This document shows, piece after piece, positions 24,501 through 34,731 of a DNA stretch of 64,000 bases. How positions within the stretch are numbered: position 1 is the first letter of the stretch; each line of letters begins with the position of its first letter. The notes below the pieces were generated by a model. The model did no database searches. It was not told the DNA's origin and saw nothing but the letters and a program-made list of their open reading frames with translations. The stretch covers positions 59,505 to 123,504 of the forward strand of contig JAUCBJ010006760.1 of the NCBI GenBank assembly GCA_032718475.1, in the 5' to 3' direction. Made by a program: the position numbers and the translations under genes. This DNA is from Nemertoderma westbladi. Its lineage: Eukaryota; Animalia; Xenacoelomorpha.

Positions 24501-26661
24501 AGATGCGTGTAGGCTCCACACCTTGCGCATGAGATACTTCAGACCTAACAGGTTGACACATTGTTACAGGGGGTGGTGGTATACCCTTTTGTGTATTTAC
24601 TAATTTATCGCGTTCTAGCGCGATACTTTGCTGCACTTCTTGCAACTCTAACCTACTTTCCCTTACTGTGCCCTTGAATTGCTGAACGGTCTCCTGCATC
24701 TGTCCGAGCAGGAGATCCATCCCCTGTCGTCTCTCATCCACCCATTCGACCGCCGAAGCGGGATTCGCCAACGTTGTAGCGGGCGGACGAGGGACAATGG
24801 GCGACAAATCATGAATATTTCGCTCGGAGTCCAGGGCATGAACTGTCTCATGGGCTGTTCTGCTGGGCATAGGTAGCTTGGTACTGTGCAAAGGGAATTT
24901 AGAGGTAGGTTCAGGGAGTACAGGTGTCTCTACCACCGAAAGGGTGGCTTCGGGAACAGGCCTAATTATTTCAGGCTCATCTACTATAGTAGGGAGTCTT
25001 TCTATTGTAATTATTTGGTCTGTGGGTTCTGTACTACCCAAGTTGGTGTTATTTAGTTGCCTTCTAACAGCTGGAGGCAAATCAGGCAATTTCTGACGGT
25101 GGGATGTTCTTTTACGTCTGCTTAGGTGAGATCTATTTCCTTTGCCTTCAGTATCGGTGGTATCGCCTTCCTCAGATGATGTATATCCCTGTCTTTTGGG
25201 AGTAGATCGATTCATCATCTGCATATTACTAGCTGTTAACTGTTTATTTATGCAGTCTTGATTCTCCTGAATATTTTCCAATTCTAATTGGGCGATCTCT
25301 TCAGCCGCTATCCGCTCTGCTTCTGCCGCTGCCATTGCCGCTTTTCTTTCCATTTCGGCTGCTTTTCTTTTCGCTTCTGCCTCTGCCGCTGCCGCTGCCA
25401 CTGCCGCTTTTCTTTCCATTTCGGCTGCTTTACTTTCCTCTTCGGCTGCTTTCCTTTCCGCTTCCGCAGCTGCTACTGCTGCTTTCTTTCTGTCTTCTAT
25501 ACGTTTTTTCTTCACCTGTTCTTCTTGGACTCTAGCAATGCGGAGTTGTTCATCGAATTTAGCTTGGTTCGCCGCTAACCTATCCACATCGATGGCGTCC
25601 AGCACATGCTGTGCTCCTTCACTATTAGGGTTAAGTCCATCCAACCTTCTCCTCAACTCTTCATCACCTAAGAAACATTGATAGTCTGACAGATAGATAT
25701 CAATGGCATCCCTCTTATGCGGGTTCTCTGCCGTCGCTTCACTTTCCACTTGGGAAAAAGTAGCGTCTGTTGATTCTCCATGGGTTGAGCGCTCCTCCAG
25801 CTGAGCTTTCCACTGAGCCGTTCCTTGAACTTGGAGACTCACCCGTTGAAACCAAGTCTTTACGGCAACTTGCAATGACATGTCTTGTCTTCTTTTAGAA
25901 GCCTCCTCAAAGGCCGATAAGATTAGCCTAATTCGCAGAATTCTTTCTCTAACTTGATAAAGCAGTTGTCCCTGCTCTTGAGGTCCTTGAGGTTGTTGAA
26001 ACAGTTGTTCTTTTACTTGCTCCATAGAGCTGAAGAATCCCTGTGCGTATCCGGCTGCGGACCTCTTCCACACAGCTGGATCGATGGTTTCTTTGGCTAC
26101 TCCCATCCGGTGTATGTCTTCCCAGGCAGCTTCTGATAAATCAAACGGGAGTCCGGGTCCGGGGAAGTTCCATTGCGACTCGACAATAGACTTCAGTTCT
26201 TCCTTTGTGTATCCCGCATAACTATCTTTAGTCGATCGCTTACTTCTCGCCCAATCGATCTGGTGTTCTTCCACCACAATCAATAACCTAGTGAGTACGG
26301 CTGCAGGAAGGATGAGAAGGGGATCCGAATAAACCGCATCCGTCATCTTTGCTCCGCGCTCGGGTGTCAGCTCTACAGTACCCTCACTACTGGAGCTGTC
26401 GGGCCGCTGAGAAATAAGTTCTTGGCTCGCGGGTTGTTGCTGTTCCGCTGCTTCTTGGTCCCGCTTGACCTGAGCTCGAGTGCCTATGATAGACCTACGA
26501 TGTTGGACCAGCCTAGGTTCTGTTATTACTACTGGAGGGATGACCTTCCTCACAGTGGGAGGTGAACTGAACTTAGGTGTAGACGGTTCTACACCCTTAT
26601 CTGAGTCGCAGATAGTTACATCTAATAAACTGTCTGACAGGTTCTGCTTAGTATCAGACAT
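18556..26661 (-). CDS. BEL/Pao Gag-Pol polyprotein, 2701 aa
   Basis: BEL triple knuckle CALCDGTHRLNMC/CYNCLRQGHQRRTC/CAKCGAKHHILLH; protease LLDSGS; RT YMDD; RNase H FGDAS; integrase H..H..CIPC, GVDLFGP, SDKGTNF, WERLI; PR-RT-RH-IN order in one ORF. Confidence 0.97.
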   Translation of the reverse strand: MSDTKQNLSDSLLDVTICDSDKGVEPSTPKFSSPPTVRKVIPPVVITEPRLVQHRRSIIGTRAQVKRDQEAAEQQQPASQELISQRPDSSSSEGTVELTPERGAKMTDAVYSDPLLILPAAVLTRLLIVVEEHQIDWARSKRSTKDSYAGYTKEELKSIVESQWNFPGPGLPFDLSEAAWEDIHRMGVAKETIDPAVWKRSAAGYAQGFFSSMEQVKEQLFQQPQGPQEQGQLLYQVRERILRIRLILSAFEEASKRRQDMSLQVAVKTWFQRVSLQVQGTAQWKAQLEERSTHGESTDATFSQVESEATAENPHKRDAIDIYLSDYQCFLGDEELRRRLDGLNPNSEGAQHVLDAIDVDRLAANQAKFDEQLRIARVQEEQVKKKRIEDRKKAAVAAAEAERKAAEEESKAAEMERKAAVAAAAAEAEAKRKAAEMERKAAMAAAEAERIAAEEIAQLELENIQENQDCINKQLTASNMQMMNRSTPKRQGYTSSEEGDTTDTEGKGNRSHLSRRKRTSHRQKLPDLPPAVRRQLNNTNLGSTEPTDQIITIERLPTIVDEPEIIRPVPEATLSVVETPVLPEPTSKFPLHSTKLPMPSRTAHETVHALDSERNIHDLSPIVPRPPATTLANPASAVEWVDERRQGMDLLLGQMQETVQQFKGTVRESRLELQEVQQSIALERDKLVNTQKGIPPPPVTMCQPVRSEVSHAQGVEPTRIYTASEVETPIVNPIKGNYRPVDNDIPYRPDHNPRNLYTDNSILNNTMAQESFTRQMARTEARQAVKVGEIVKFNGDEMKWLPFNEYYKDNIQNSVLSNGEKLRFLIECLEGSPKLMALKFIGHPDGLRQVWDTLNIRYGNRNNIAGYLYAKLVVPQKFISSGIIEFSDEIQEICRQLDWLGKSHEYQNAMVIRAVASTLPKGGVGTRWDKKVLYMMEQQRRDPTMADLMSFLDGEVKLQLLKLSREKTPENKVSEKPVSRRKVTPVCYTDDGESQTSQGEDSGKDTDRSYYVNKMPKDQVSKFKSRTNDRREQVRKTPPTSPKRIQMRKPEEKTSVHNVTQNKVSNIKPKCALCDGTHRLNMCDEFLKKSLTERREVMWDKRLCYNCLRQGHQRRTCYSDTRCAKCGAKHHILLHTEFERNSPSQVSDSELHVQFSDVNDTDQSEMEGFYKDEFSDENESCYTINTTVYRALTYEKDTDSDLTLTTSDQQPFWKAPTSNVGIREFPVVQVRVHGPKRSYVVNALLDSGSTGTFIDKELAEDIFAGQPKFRTKLNMSGIMQVWKSTVTADYYVGALSTPQDELGEHSIRSVKMVAIKNFATTQADLYNWDEDESIQHLKIPRFQTDYPGVQILIGQNAHEALETLEKRPAQPQPLQTYAVRTRVGWYFTGPSRRTLMERLPKDQVYQVREWEVENSEFDDPTEGTPYSSDNDDIHQLFEEENAIDLLKESETWQNQVNLCQLLLPSERDDYNDELNDVIERYNAKTRDEHAVRFFTQEVVEPNSYDKALSVEEERAKQIQATTTRFLKDQGRYEIGLPFRKREPKFINNRPLAEKRIAQLHRRLTANSSAKEMYQTQLKKFISKGYAELVPEETPITERTYYLTHHYVPKPGKPHEVRVVFDGSALYMGQSLNSELLPGPNLLQSLLGILLRLRQYSIAFASDIEGMFLQVKALDRDRDSLRFLWWPEGDLNKKPVEYWMTIQAFGIISSPSNACSVVRTTADDNRDAFSKEVIDNIKRDIYMDDNLKSLPSVEEAIEVAKGTVECLKKGGFRLTKFTSNSREFLESIPVEDRGAKDLDLIKDDLPETKTLGLKWDTERDILFFQLKQRDNPVRTKRICLSILSTYFDPLGFISPVILIARSLVQQMWLENHSWDDPLKGELLKKWMKWEDSLPAIENFIISRSYFGHVLPTYSYQLHVFGDASDMGIGIVAYLRVETPDGIKVALVTSKALINNKLKVPRAELKAALYATAIGRNVTEQIDYPLEKTVYWTDALLVLEYITNEVCQFSVFVTNRVAIILSRTTMDQWRHCPGTINPADIASRGATPQELVDTPDWLGGPDFLYKEEEEWPPHLTTAEIRQAKGAEKVKPKTQASKSKLFKPTVDLSVLHTSGDDALDQKPTATNKPIVEIRDKDWKSGIPDVSQGLSPLLQRAMHHYSSWNRLCKAVTYLKRCFHHHYSGMKTKGDTAPITSVQVHVIKDLPKYKIPDRFLKEKISYQEHEETNKQMLRLLQCYEDSDKYFLLLRNPQMRLRDRFSSTMIDGLIRVGGRLTNAPLSFDTKFPILIRNLEIQVKMIVDVHSKLYHAGRERVLSEIRTRYYFYKPRRALNQVLRNCIPCRKAFSRPLTQREAELPRERVSFYEPPFTNTGVDLFGPIEVYRARTIVKRWCVIFVCMTCRAIHLDMVNDLSTNSFLLSLRRQIARFGTSNTMRSDKGTNFIGANNEIRAYVKDWNQRQVDDQLRVTASSWTFNAADAPWWGGSWERLIRSVKTAFHFIVPCRAYLTDELLRTLMEEIAAYLNERPLMPVSSSPDSLEALTPAHFLLKKPVAMLPQSEITDGDEYCRQTWQLMQLLSRHFADHFEKHYLPTLQLRTKWFAQQENVSAGDMVLIVDVDLPRKRWQTGRIIETHISDDGLVRSVELVVMRRNFKKPGIVFETQQLNRPVGRLCLLERDRELSGNYGRQDTLPTTTSLIQQTSRDSPT

Positions 26662-27885
26662 GTTTGTTTACACAGTTGAATGCCTACTGCTATCTTACAG
26701 TCTAAGCAAGTCTAGTAATTCAGTATTAACTGCTAGCCTAGTAATCAATTACCGATACTGCTACTTAGTGTAGCGTGATATATATATAATATTAGAATAC
26801 CGGTATGCTTATAGTATATATAAGTATTATTAGTAACTAGAATTAATTACAGAATACCGGTATAATTTCAGCCTAAATTTTATAGAAATAAAGATAATAG
26901 GCCTATCGTAAATACCGGTATATCAATTATTTAAATAATTAAATTTCTGAATTTTAAGGGTTACTTGGTTACCTTAACTTACTTTATTACCGTTATTTAA
27001 GCAGTAGTCCAACTGATATTGAGACCTAATTGTTGTATGGCAGGCCTACTATTTATAAATCGTTTGAGTTGATTTATAATATATATATACCCGTTTAATG
27101 GGTTTTGTCAATGTTTGAAATAAATGTTATTATTTCTGGGGGAGTCACCACACATAAGCTGTGCGCTCTTAGTGGAGTGCTACTGGTTAGACACTAAAAC
27201 AAATAATTCTAATTTAACTAAGTTACTTAATACTACAAATTACGTACAATTCGGGTTGAGATTACAATCTCTAAATAAACACAAAAATTACAAATACACA
27301 AATACGAATTTTTTAGGGTAATTTTACAAGAAGTCTACTAACCAGCCTAACAAAGGGTTAGAATATCTGGTTATTACAACGGACAGGTTACTACGGTATT
27401 TGAAAATAATAAGTAGTAGTAAATATACTGCGCTGTCCAGATAGGAAAAATACCACCGTCTGACGACCTATAGCCGTATCGCTATAGGTACTACGTTATG
27501 TATCACGGAGTGTTCCTACCTAGAGATTAATTACCGCGGTCTACCAGAACCAACGTGCCTATTAACCACTTTACAACACAAATATACTGCCTACACGCTA
27601 ATTACCTTCGGAAAGCACTGTACACTAAACCCTAAATTAGGTACAAGTACTTGTACAACAAATAATCAGTAGTTAAAAATACTTGAACAGTTAAAAGAAC
27701 CACGGTATCTGCCGGAGTGACCAAAGCATAAAATCTCCAGTCTTTACCTACGCCGAGCAGCCCTGATGTAGTACCGGGGTTAGTTTAACTATAACGGTAT
27801 ATATAACAAACACAATTACTGTAGGAATAAACTTGGGGATATGAATGTTGCGAATAATAGCATAAACTCTGAATAATAAATATTA

Positions 27886-28450
27886 CGCTACGCGTACAGA
27901 CTACTCAAACAAAATGCAGACCAAATACTGACAGACTACTCTCAAGCCTAAACAAACTATGGTATATGCAGACTCCGAAATGATTAGTTAGTATGCGTTC
28001 TAACCTAGTAGTACGACTTATTCTTTCACAGGGGGTTTACCTCACAGCACTTGAAGCCCCTACTTTCCTAACTAGCACTTTATCGGACAGATGCTCTACA
28101 CACACCGAAATTTCCTCAAACCCAACAACAGCCAGACAACTATCCAGCCTACAAATTATCTAAATAAAATTATACGCTACCCGTACAGACTTCACAAACA
28201 AAGTACAGACCAAACGATGTCAGACTACTATCAAGCCTAAATACACTACAGTATATGCAGACTCCGAAATGATTAGTTAGTATGCGTTCTAACCCAGTAG
28301 TACGACTTATTCTTTCACAGGGGGTTTACCTCACAGCACTTGAAGCCCCTACTTTCCTAACTAGCACTTTATCGGACAGATGCTCCACACACACTGCAAT
28401 CCGTTCAGACTTAACAACGGTTAGACAACAGTCCAGCCTACAAATTACCT
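27886..28450 (-). repeat. Tandem duplication (~290-bp unit) in the 5' leader of element 1
   Basis: Block tatatgcagactccgaaatgattagttag...cggacagatgctc occurs twice (~27963 and ~28252). Confidence 0.85.
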
Positions 28451-28737
28451 GTACAATCTGAGCAGGCTTACACGCCTTCTGCTCAATACTGGCCTACAAA
28501 TAAATAAAACTTGACAGAAACAAGTAAAATCTCAATAAAAAACCAGGGCGGCCGTCCCTGATTAATTATTAAGGCCTACTGGTATATAATTATCAAAATC
28601 GAATAATACTGCTGTACCTGTACTGTAAGTACCGGTTCGGGCAGTTGGGCCGACAGGCCTACAGCAGTACCTACAGGTTACCGTTCGACCGGTACCGGTA
28701 CTTTAGACTTGATTGCTTACACCGCAATCCAGAAGCA

Positions 28738-28748
28738 ATATCTGTTAT
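28738..28748 (-). promoter_or_regulatory. Non-tRNA primer-binding site ATAACAGATAT, complementary to own LTR
   Basis: Abuts the 5' LTR; no TGG; exact complement of LTR segment 29455-29465. Confidence 0.8.
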
Positions 28749-29897
28749 TGTTTGCGCTTTTAAGACCTTTGACAGTTTAACCTGCCAAAATTAGAATGTC
28801 TTTTAGAGGATAGATAGTCTTTAGCCTATGACGAGTATTTGATACACTACATTAGCCGAAGTCAGTCTATGCGCAATCATTCACCCGCTGGATATACCCG
28901 GGAGACTGAATTCGGAAGCCTAATGATTGATGGTGTAAGCCTACTGTATTATTCGACTGATCGTAATATATAATCTCTGACAAATATTATTCACTTTCGG
29001 GAAATATTAACAGTTCATTTAGGACGTGGCGCTCTAAATATGTAAACAGAGTTATGACTTAAACTAGACACAACGAAATGGCTATAGATTCACGTATATG
29101 GCGCATTCTTTAGGAGATGCTTTGTTATCAGTTACAATCATACACAATGCTGCACAATACTGCACACTAATCTGCCGACCTTCACTAAATTTAGTCACGT
29201 ATAAAGAGAGCAACATACAATTTATGTCGGGCCTATGAAATAGCATTAGATTCACTCCAAACCACTTAACATAGGTCGCAATCGTTTATCTGTAACCGGT
29301 CTCTCTAACCTTTAGTATATCAAGAAGATTGGGATGTCTGACTATTGATCAGTATTCCGATATAATATTTCATCAACAAATATAATGAATAACCGACAGT
29401 AAAAGCAGTAATATTAGTAAGATATGGTTAGTAAGTAAGATATGAATTGCATAGATAACAGATATACGTTCTATAATTAAGCCTACTAATGTAAGACTAA
29501 AGACTGAAACACGGAGGTGCCAAAAGCCGGTGTTCTTAGGCTCTGGGCAAAAACATAACACTGAATTCCTGAGTTTCTGTATCCACCTCCAACACAGAGA
29601 CAAAAAACGCTCTGATTGGTCGACCGAACAACGAGAGAACAAAGAAACAAAGAAATGTCGACGTGGCAATATCAGCTGTTAGCCGTCGTCATGGTAGCGA
29701 CACTGTTTTCAAGAGTATCTAGCTTATTGCGTCACGAAATTTCGGATTATGTCCTCTAAAGTACAAATACAGAAGAAATGGCTTTTATGTCCTCTAAAAC
29801 ACCAGTACAGCAAGGACACGGCCTTTTTATGCCTGGTAAATCAACTACAGAGTACTTTACGGGAAAATAACCGGCTAATTACGCAAAAGCTTTTACA
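28749..29897 (-). repeat. 5' LTR of element 1
   Basis: Direct repeat of 12158-13306, TG...CA ends. Confidence 0.97.
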
Positions 29898-30472
29898 GCA
29901 TATACAGATAGGCATATACCACACCAGTCTGCCAGTACGGTATCTGTTACATACTCATCCATCTGTCCATTAACATATTAACAACATATCATACTGTCGT
30001 ATACATTCTGACATTTCATTGACTAATGTCTGAATGTTTATAAATCATCACAACTCAACAAGGGAAAGCAAGCAGTAAGCCATTTTGAAGTAATTTACAA
30101 TGACAGAGTAACTGACAGGGCTGCACAATAATAATTGTTGCCAAAAATGGCAACCATTATTTTTCTTTAATTCTAATGGTTGCCAAAAATGGCAATAATT
30201 ATTTTAGGCACATTTCGGCCTATTGCTAAGAGAAATTCAGATGATGATTTTTTTTCTTATACGGTCAATTATATTTAAATTTCGCGCTCTTTTCACTTAC
30301 CTATTTACCAAAATGCGATTTTGCTTCTGGGCGTGCGAAAATTAGAAAAACCAAAAGTTGCCAGATTTGGCAATAAACATTGCCATATGTAGCAACTTTT
30401 GAGGTTGCCAGATTTGGCCATTGTACCTAACTGTAATGATAAACGACGTATATAGGCATAGTTATGGGTAGC

Positions 30473-30645
30473 ACCTACGCGTGATTATACGTAGAACCTA
30501 CGCGTAGGTCGCGTGGGACCTACGCGTAGCTACGCGTAGCACCTACGCGTAGTTAATGTTAAAACTCTGAAACTGGTGATATATGACCTAATGTTGCGAA
30601 CTACGCGTAGCTACGCGTATCTACGCATAGGCCTACGCGTAGGTC
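30473..30645. repeat. Cluster of palindromic ctacgcgtag repeats
   Basis: About ten tacgcgta-like copies in two groups. Confidence 0.8.
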
Positions 30646-31119
30646 GATAAGATTTACCCCAACAAAAGTCATTATGCATAATTCGTAAAAAAGGAGGACA
30701 AAAAAAGTAAAATAAAAGGACATAAAAAATCACTGCCTTTAGTTAAGTTTGTTCAAGGCTGCTACAGTCTGACAGTGCTAGGCAGGTTGATGTACCGGAC
30801 TGCAGAAAGCCTACAGCAGTATTGTACCATAGCTCAGTAGCTGGTGCTGTATTGAAAGTACCATTACATCCTGTATCCTGACAGCCTGATCAGCAAAACA
30901 GCAATAGCCTATATTGCATACATACTGACATACAGACATAGGCCTACCGTACATATATATGCTATCTACTACTTACTACAGTACTATTATTTCTGTCTAT
31001 AACAGTATAACATATAAACAGACAGCAGTTACAGTTACAGTTACAGGGTATTAGTACGTTTGAACGACACTAGTCAAACAAGCCTAAAATCAGATAAATA
31101 ATGGTACCGGTACCCGTAA

Positions 31120-32102
31120 CGGTATAGCAGTATTGTGCACCACCTTGCGGATTGAATGGGTATTATTTATTAAGTTCTTTGAAGGGAATGTATTATTTTA
31201 ATCTATATCATATTACTTAGTACTACTATTATTACTACTATTACTATTATTTACTAGCTTAATTATGTAATATTTTAGCTTAATCTATTAGTTTAATTAC
31301 GATTTACTGTGCGCGTACGTAATCTTAATTACAGTCTACCGTAGTACATATTTCCAATATTAAAATTGATATTTACCCCGACTGGGGGTGTATCTTATTG
31401 TAAAAAAATATTACAAGCTAATAACGCTGTTGCGATACGGTTGTTTATTTCATATGTTGGCCCTGAAAAGGGCCGCTTGGGTTGGTTAAGGTATAAGGTA
31501 CAGTATAGACATTCAGCAAGGGTAGTAATGTTTGAAAAGTGCAAGGAGATTTGAGAAAGGTCGGTCGCGATTTAAAAGTCTCTACCGAAATTCTACCAGG
31601 TGGCCAGCAATCTGGCAATAAGTTGCGGTGTTGTGCATTTCTTATTGCGGATGACTGACGTCTTTAAGTGGCCCCACATCGACTCTATACGTTGAGTGTG
31701 AGTGCCAGTCGCACTCACCCACTCTACCGAATGGTTGACAGTTTCGTGTATGTAGGTCCCTGTTCCATTGGTAGCAGACCAAAAAAGGGTTAGTGGCGTT
31801 TGTTATGTCAACATTCACACCGCAATACGCAGGCCATTCGTCGGACTGTATCTTGGTTCCACCGGCGACATGTTTCTCCAAAATAGGGCAGAGGGTGTCT
31901 GCATCACGATGCAAATTTTGATGTAGAGTTCGGGGGAGAAGCTCCACGCTTTGTGCAAACTCAATAGCGCGCTCCTCAGTCTCGGTATGTTTCCCAATCT
32001 CAATGAAATTTAATTCAGCCATGACAGTCCACGAGTACAGTATACTAACAGTAGGCCCGTAAGTAACAGTACAGCAGTAGGCCTAACAATACTGCTATAC
32101 CG
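31120..32102 (-). mobile_element. Degenerate Merlin (IS1016/ISXO2-like) DNA transposon
   Basis: RDADTLCPILEKHVAGGTKIQSDEWPAY, then after a frameshift TVNHSVEWVSATGTHTQRIESMWGHLK; 17-bp inverted repeat cggtatagcagtattgt (31120-31136 and 32086-32102). Confidence 0.8.
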
Positions 32103-32156
32103 GTACCGGTAACAATTTTTATCAGTTTCTATCTGATTTCTATCTGATCTGGTCAG

Positions 32157-33856
32157 GTAGAAGTTTGAAGCACTCTGGCACTAGCTCTGGTACTGTAAGA
32201 GTGTGTCTGTGTGTATCGCGTACTCTGTTGAATTTTTGTTTTAGGTAATTGGGACATTTACCATTATACACTTTATGCACATGGTTAAGTCGTAGCTGCT
32301 TAACTCTACTATCTAAGTTAAGTAGTCCAGATTCAGAAAAGTCATCTAGAGTTAGGTGGTGCCTAGGTTTGTACTCTTTATTAATAAATCGTACTACTTT
32401 ATTCTGAGCTACCCGGTACTTGTAATTGGGTCCTACTAAATACTACAAAAAGCACAAAACAAGCACAAAAAAGTCAAGAAAAGCACAAAAAAGCACAAAA
32501 AAATGTAAAAAAAAAAGCACAAAAAAGTAAAAAAAAAGCACAAAAAAGCAAACTGATAGCTGTTTATTAAGCTTGTAATAGAGAACAGATGATAGAAGCA
32601 ATATCATATAGTGCAGTAGTGTCTAGTCTACCGGAAGGATAATCACATGTCCAGTAGGCTATGCTTTCATGTCATATAGCTGCCAGTGAGTGAGTACCAG
32701 CACGAGCACTTACATAGGTACAGCCCTACCACGAGCACCCAAGTGCAATATCAGGCTATGTCAGAATGTAAATATGGTTCAATTCAAATATCAGGATAGA
32801 ACTTATAATACTGTAATAGACTTTGTTATTGTCACAATGTCACATTATGTCAACTTATCAGCGTTCTGGTTAATTACTTGTAACGATGTAGCGATGTGGG
32901 AGATGTAGCGACGCAGCATAGGCGCTTGTAAACTGGATATGTCAGTGTTGACCGAAATCGCGATTATTCTGTTATTGGAATGCCTTTATTCACCGATAAA
33001 TCGACATACTGTACAATTATCACATCACGGTCTGCCCGAACATCTCGAGTGGGTGATCGATAACGTCTGAGGACAAGTATGATGATATTAGTCATAGTCA
33101 TACTTGCAAGAATCTCGCTTAGGTCGGAACTGCCTTGGTTACGATACGATATCTGCGTCTGTTGGAACCACAGTTCCTGCCTGGGTTTAACCACTGCTGT
33201 TGTAACACTACTGTATACTTTGAAATTTCTATAACTGCCAGATTGTTTGCAATGTTGTTTAGGAGTTCATGCGTACTTATCTTATATGTCAATATTCTAT
33301 TTTATTTTACCTTAATTAACGACCCCCATGAGTGCCTTAGATCCTGGGTGTTCTTTCCCACGATCGTAATTTACTGTAGTTTTATTAAGCTATTAATCTA
33401 TACTGTATGTGTTTTATTATGTTTTTTTTATAGTGATTTTAATTACAGTACAAATACACTTTGCAGTATTGTGGCCTTTACATACTGTAGGTCAGAACAT
33501 TGCAAATTAATCAATCATAGGCGTATGGGTTATCTTTGTATGTGGGGGGTGTCTGTAACAATATCTCTCATATTTTCGCCCCCCCCCCCCCCCCCCATGT
33601 CTCTTGATGTGAGAATGTTTTTTTGTGCTTTTTTTTACTTTTTTGTGCTTTTTTTTACTTTTTTTTGTGCTTTTTTGTGCTTTTCTTGACTTTTTTGAGC
33701 TTGTTTTGTGCTTGTTGTAGTATTTAGTAGGACCCCTTGTAATTTACATTTAAGCTGTTTGGTTAAGCCTTCATACCAAGAAGAGCAGGCATAGTCCATG
33801 TGACACTGTATTAAAGAAGAGCAAAGTAACTTGCGGGACAAGTTACGAAAATGCAT
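32157..33856 (-). pseudogene. Degenerate 3' fragment of the same LINE family as 7127-10603, split by a MULE-like MITE
   Basis: SRKLLCSSLIQCHMDYACSSWYEGLTKQLKCKLQ (33736-33856) continues left of 32428 as AQNK...YKPRHHLT...DSRVKQLRLNHVHKV. Confidence 0.85.
32428..33735. mobile_element. Mutator-like non-autonomous element with ~120-bp TIRs
   Basis: TIR gggtcctactaaatactacaa...(gcacaaaaaa)n; 9-bp TSD CTTGTAATT at 32419-32427 and 33736-33744. Confidence 0.9.
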
Positions 33857-34731
33857 TGAAATGATACCCCTAGGCGAGGAGCTAGGCCTGCCTACAGATC
33901 AAACGTGGTCTCAGTCTGAAGTCTAGGGCAGTAGGGTAAACCGGCAGACTGGGGTCGTACTGTCGTATGGCCATGCAGCCATGTGCAATGTGGGTTGTAC
34001 TGCAGTACTGTTGTATGGCATGGCCACCCTTGACTCTTGACATAACAGCATAAAGCTGTAAAGTACTTTAACTTTACTTTACAGCTTTATTTTAATGTCT
34101 GTCAGTTTTTATTACTTCTAAATGAAGCCGAATAATTTTCCAATAAAATGACTGAATGACATATAAACCAGGCCATATCCAGATATCTTCAACTGATTCC
34201 ATTATTTTACAGTGACATTATACAGTTCTGCAGTTCTGCCTGTCTGCAGTTATAGTAAAGTTTCAGTTCATAAAAAAGTGGAACTTTTAGGTTTTGTGAA
34301 TTTTGAGTAGGCCTAACACCAAACACACACTACAGCACTAACCTAACAGGTGCCTTCAGGAACAAGTTAATGCTTGCACTGCACATATTGTAATGATGTT
34401 GAATAGGGCCTAGCCTAGTCTGATCACTGATGGTACAGTAGGGTAAAATAGCTCGATCGGGCTACACCTAATATCTAGCAAAGTATCCCGATCGGGCTAT
34501 ATGTGTAGCCTGATCAGGCTATTATCACATTTTCCAATTTGCGAGCTAAACTAAATAAAAGCGCAACAATTGGCGCCATCATCTGATCATGGCGGTATGC
34601 TTTCGAATACAGTCATATGAATTTGCTTTTCCTATTAGCTATTACCTGATTACAGTAGTAAATACTGAAATAATTAAGCCTATCCAGCTATCTCTGTATC
34701 TAACGAACTTTATCAGTTTATCCTATTTACT

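Larger units (their letters stand above)
12158..29897 (-). mobile_element. BEL/Pao LTR retrotransposon, element 1 (near full length, 17.7 kb)
   Basis: Two 1149-bp LTRs with TG...CA ends; 5-bp TSD GCATA (12153-12157 and 29898-29902); intact gag-pol; PPT. Confidence 0.97.
11196..30433. mobile_element. Non-autonomous DNA transposon (~1.5 kb net) into which BEL element 1 inserted
   Basis: Perfect 29-bp TIR cagttaggtacaatggccaaatctggcaa at 11196-11224 and inverted at 30405-30433; TAATG direct repeat on both flanks; subterminal ttgccaNatttggcaa palindromes at both ends. Confidence 0.85.

Noticed and set aside
18929-26773. Many short antisense or alternate-frame ORFs overlapping gag-pol
   Set aside because: Expected shadow ORFs of a long coding sequence; no motifs.
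28722-28737. Displaced tRNA PBS (TGGATTGCGG on the minus strand, ~18 nt after the LTR)
   Set aside because: Too far from the LTR end, absent from element 2, and explained by the U5-leader stem.
33135-33689. 184-aa hydrophobic ORF
   Set aside because: TTG start, runs into the T-rich TIR of the MULE-like element, low-complexity composition.
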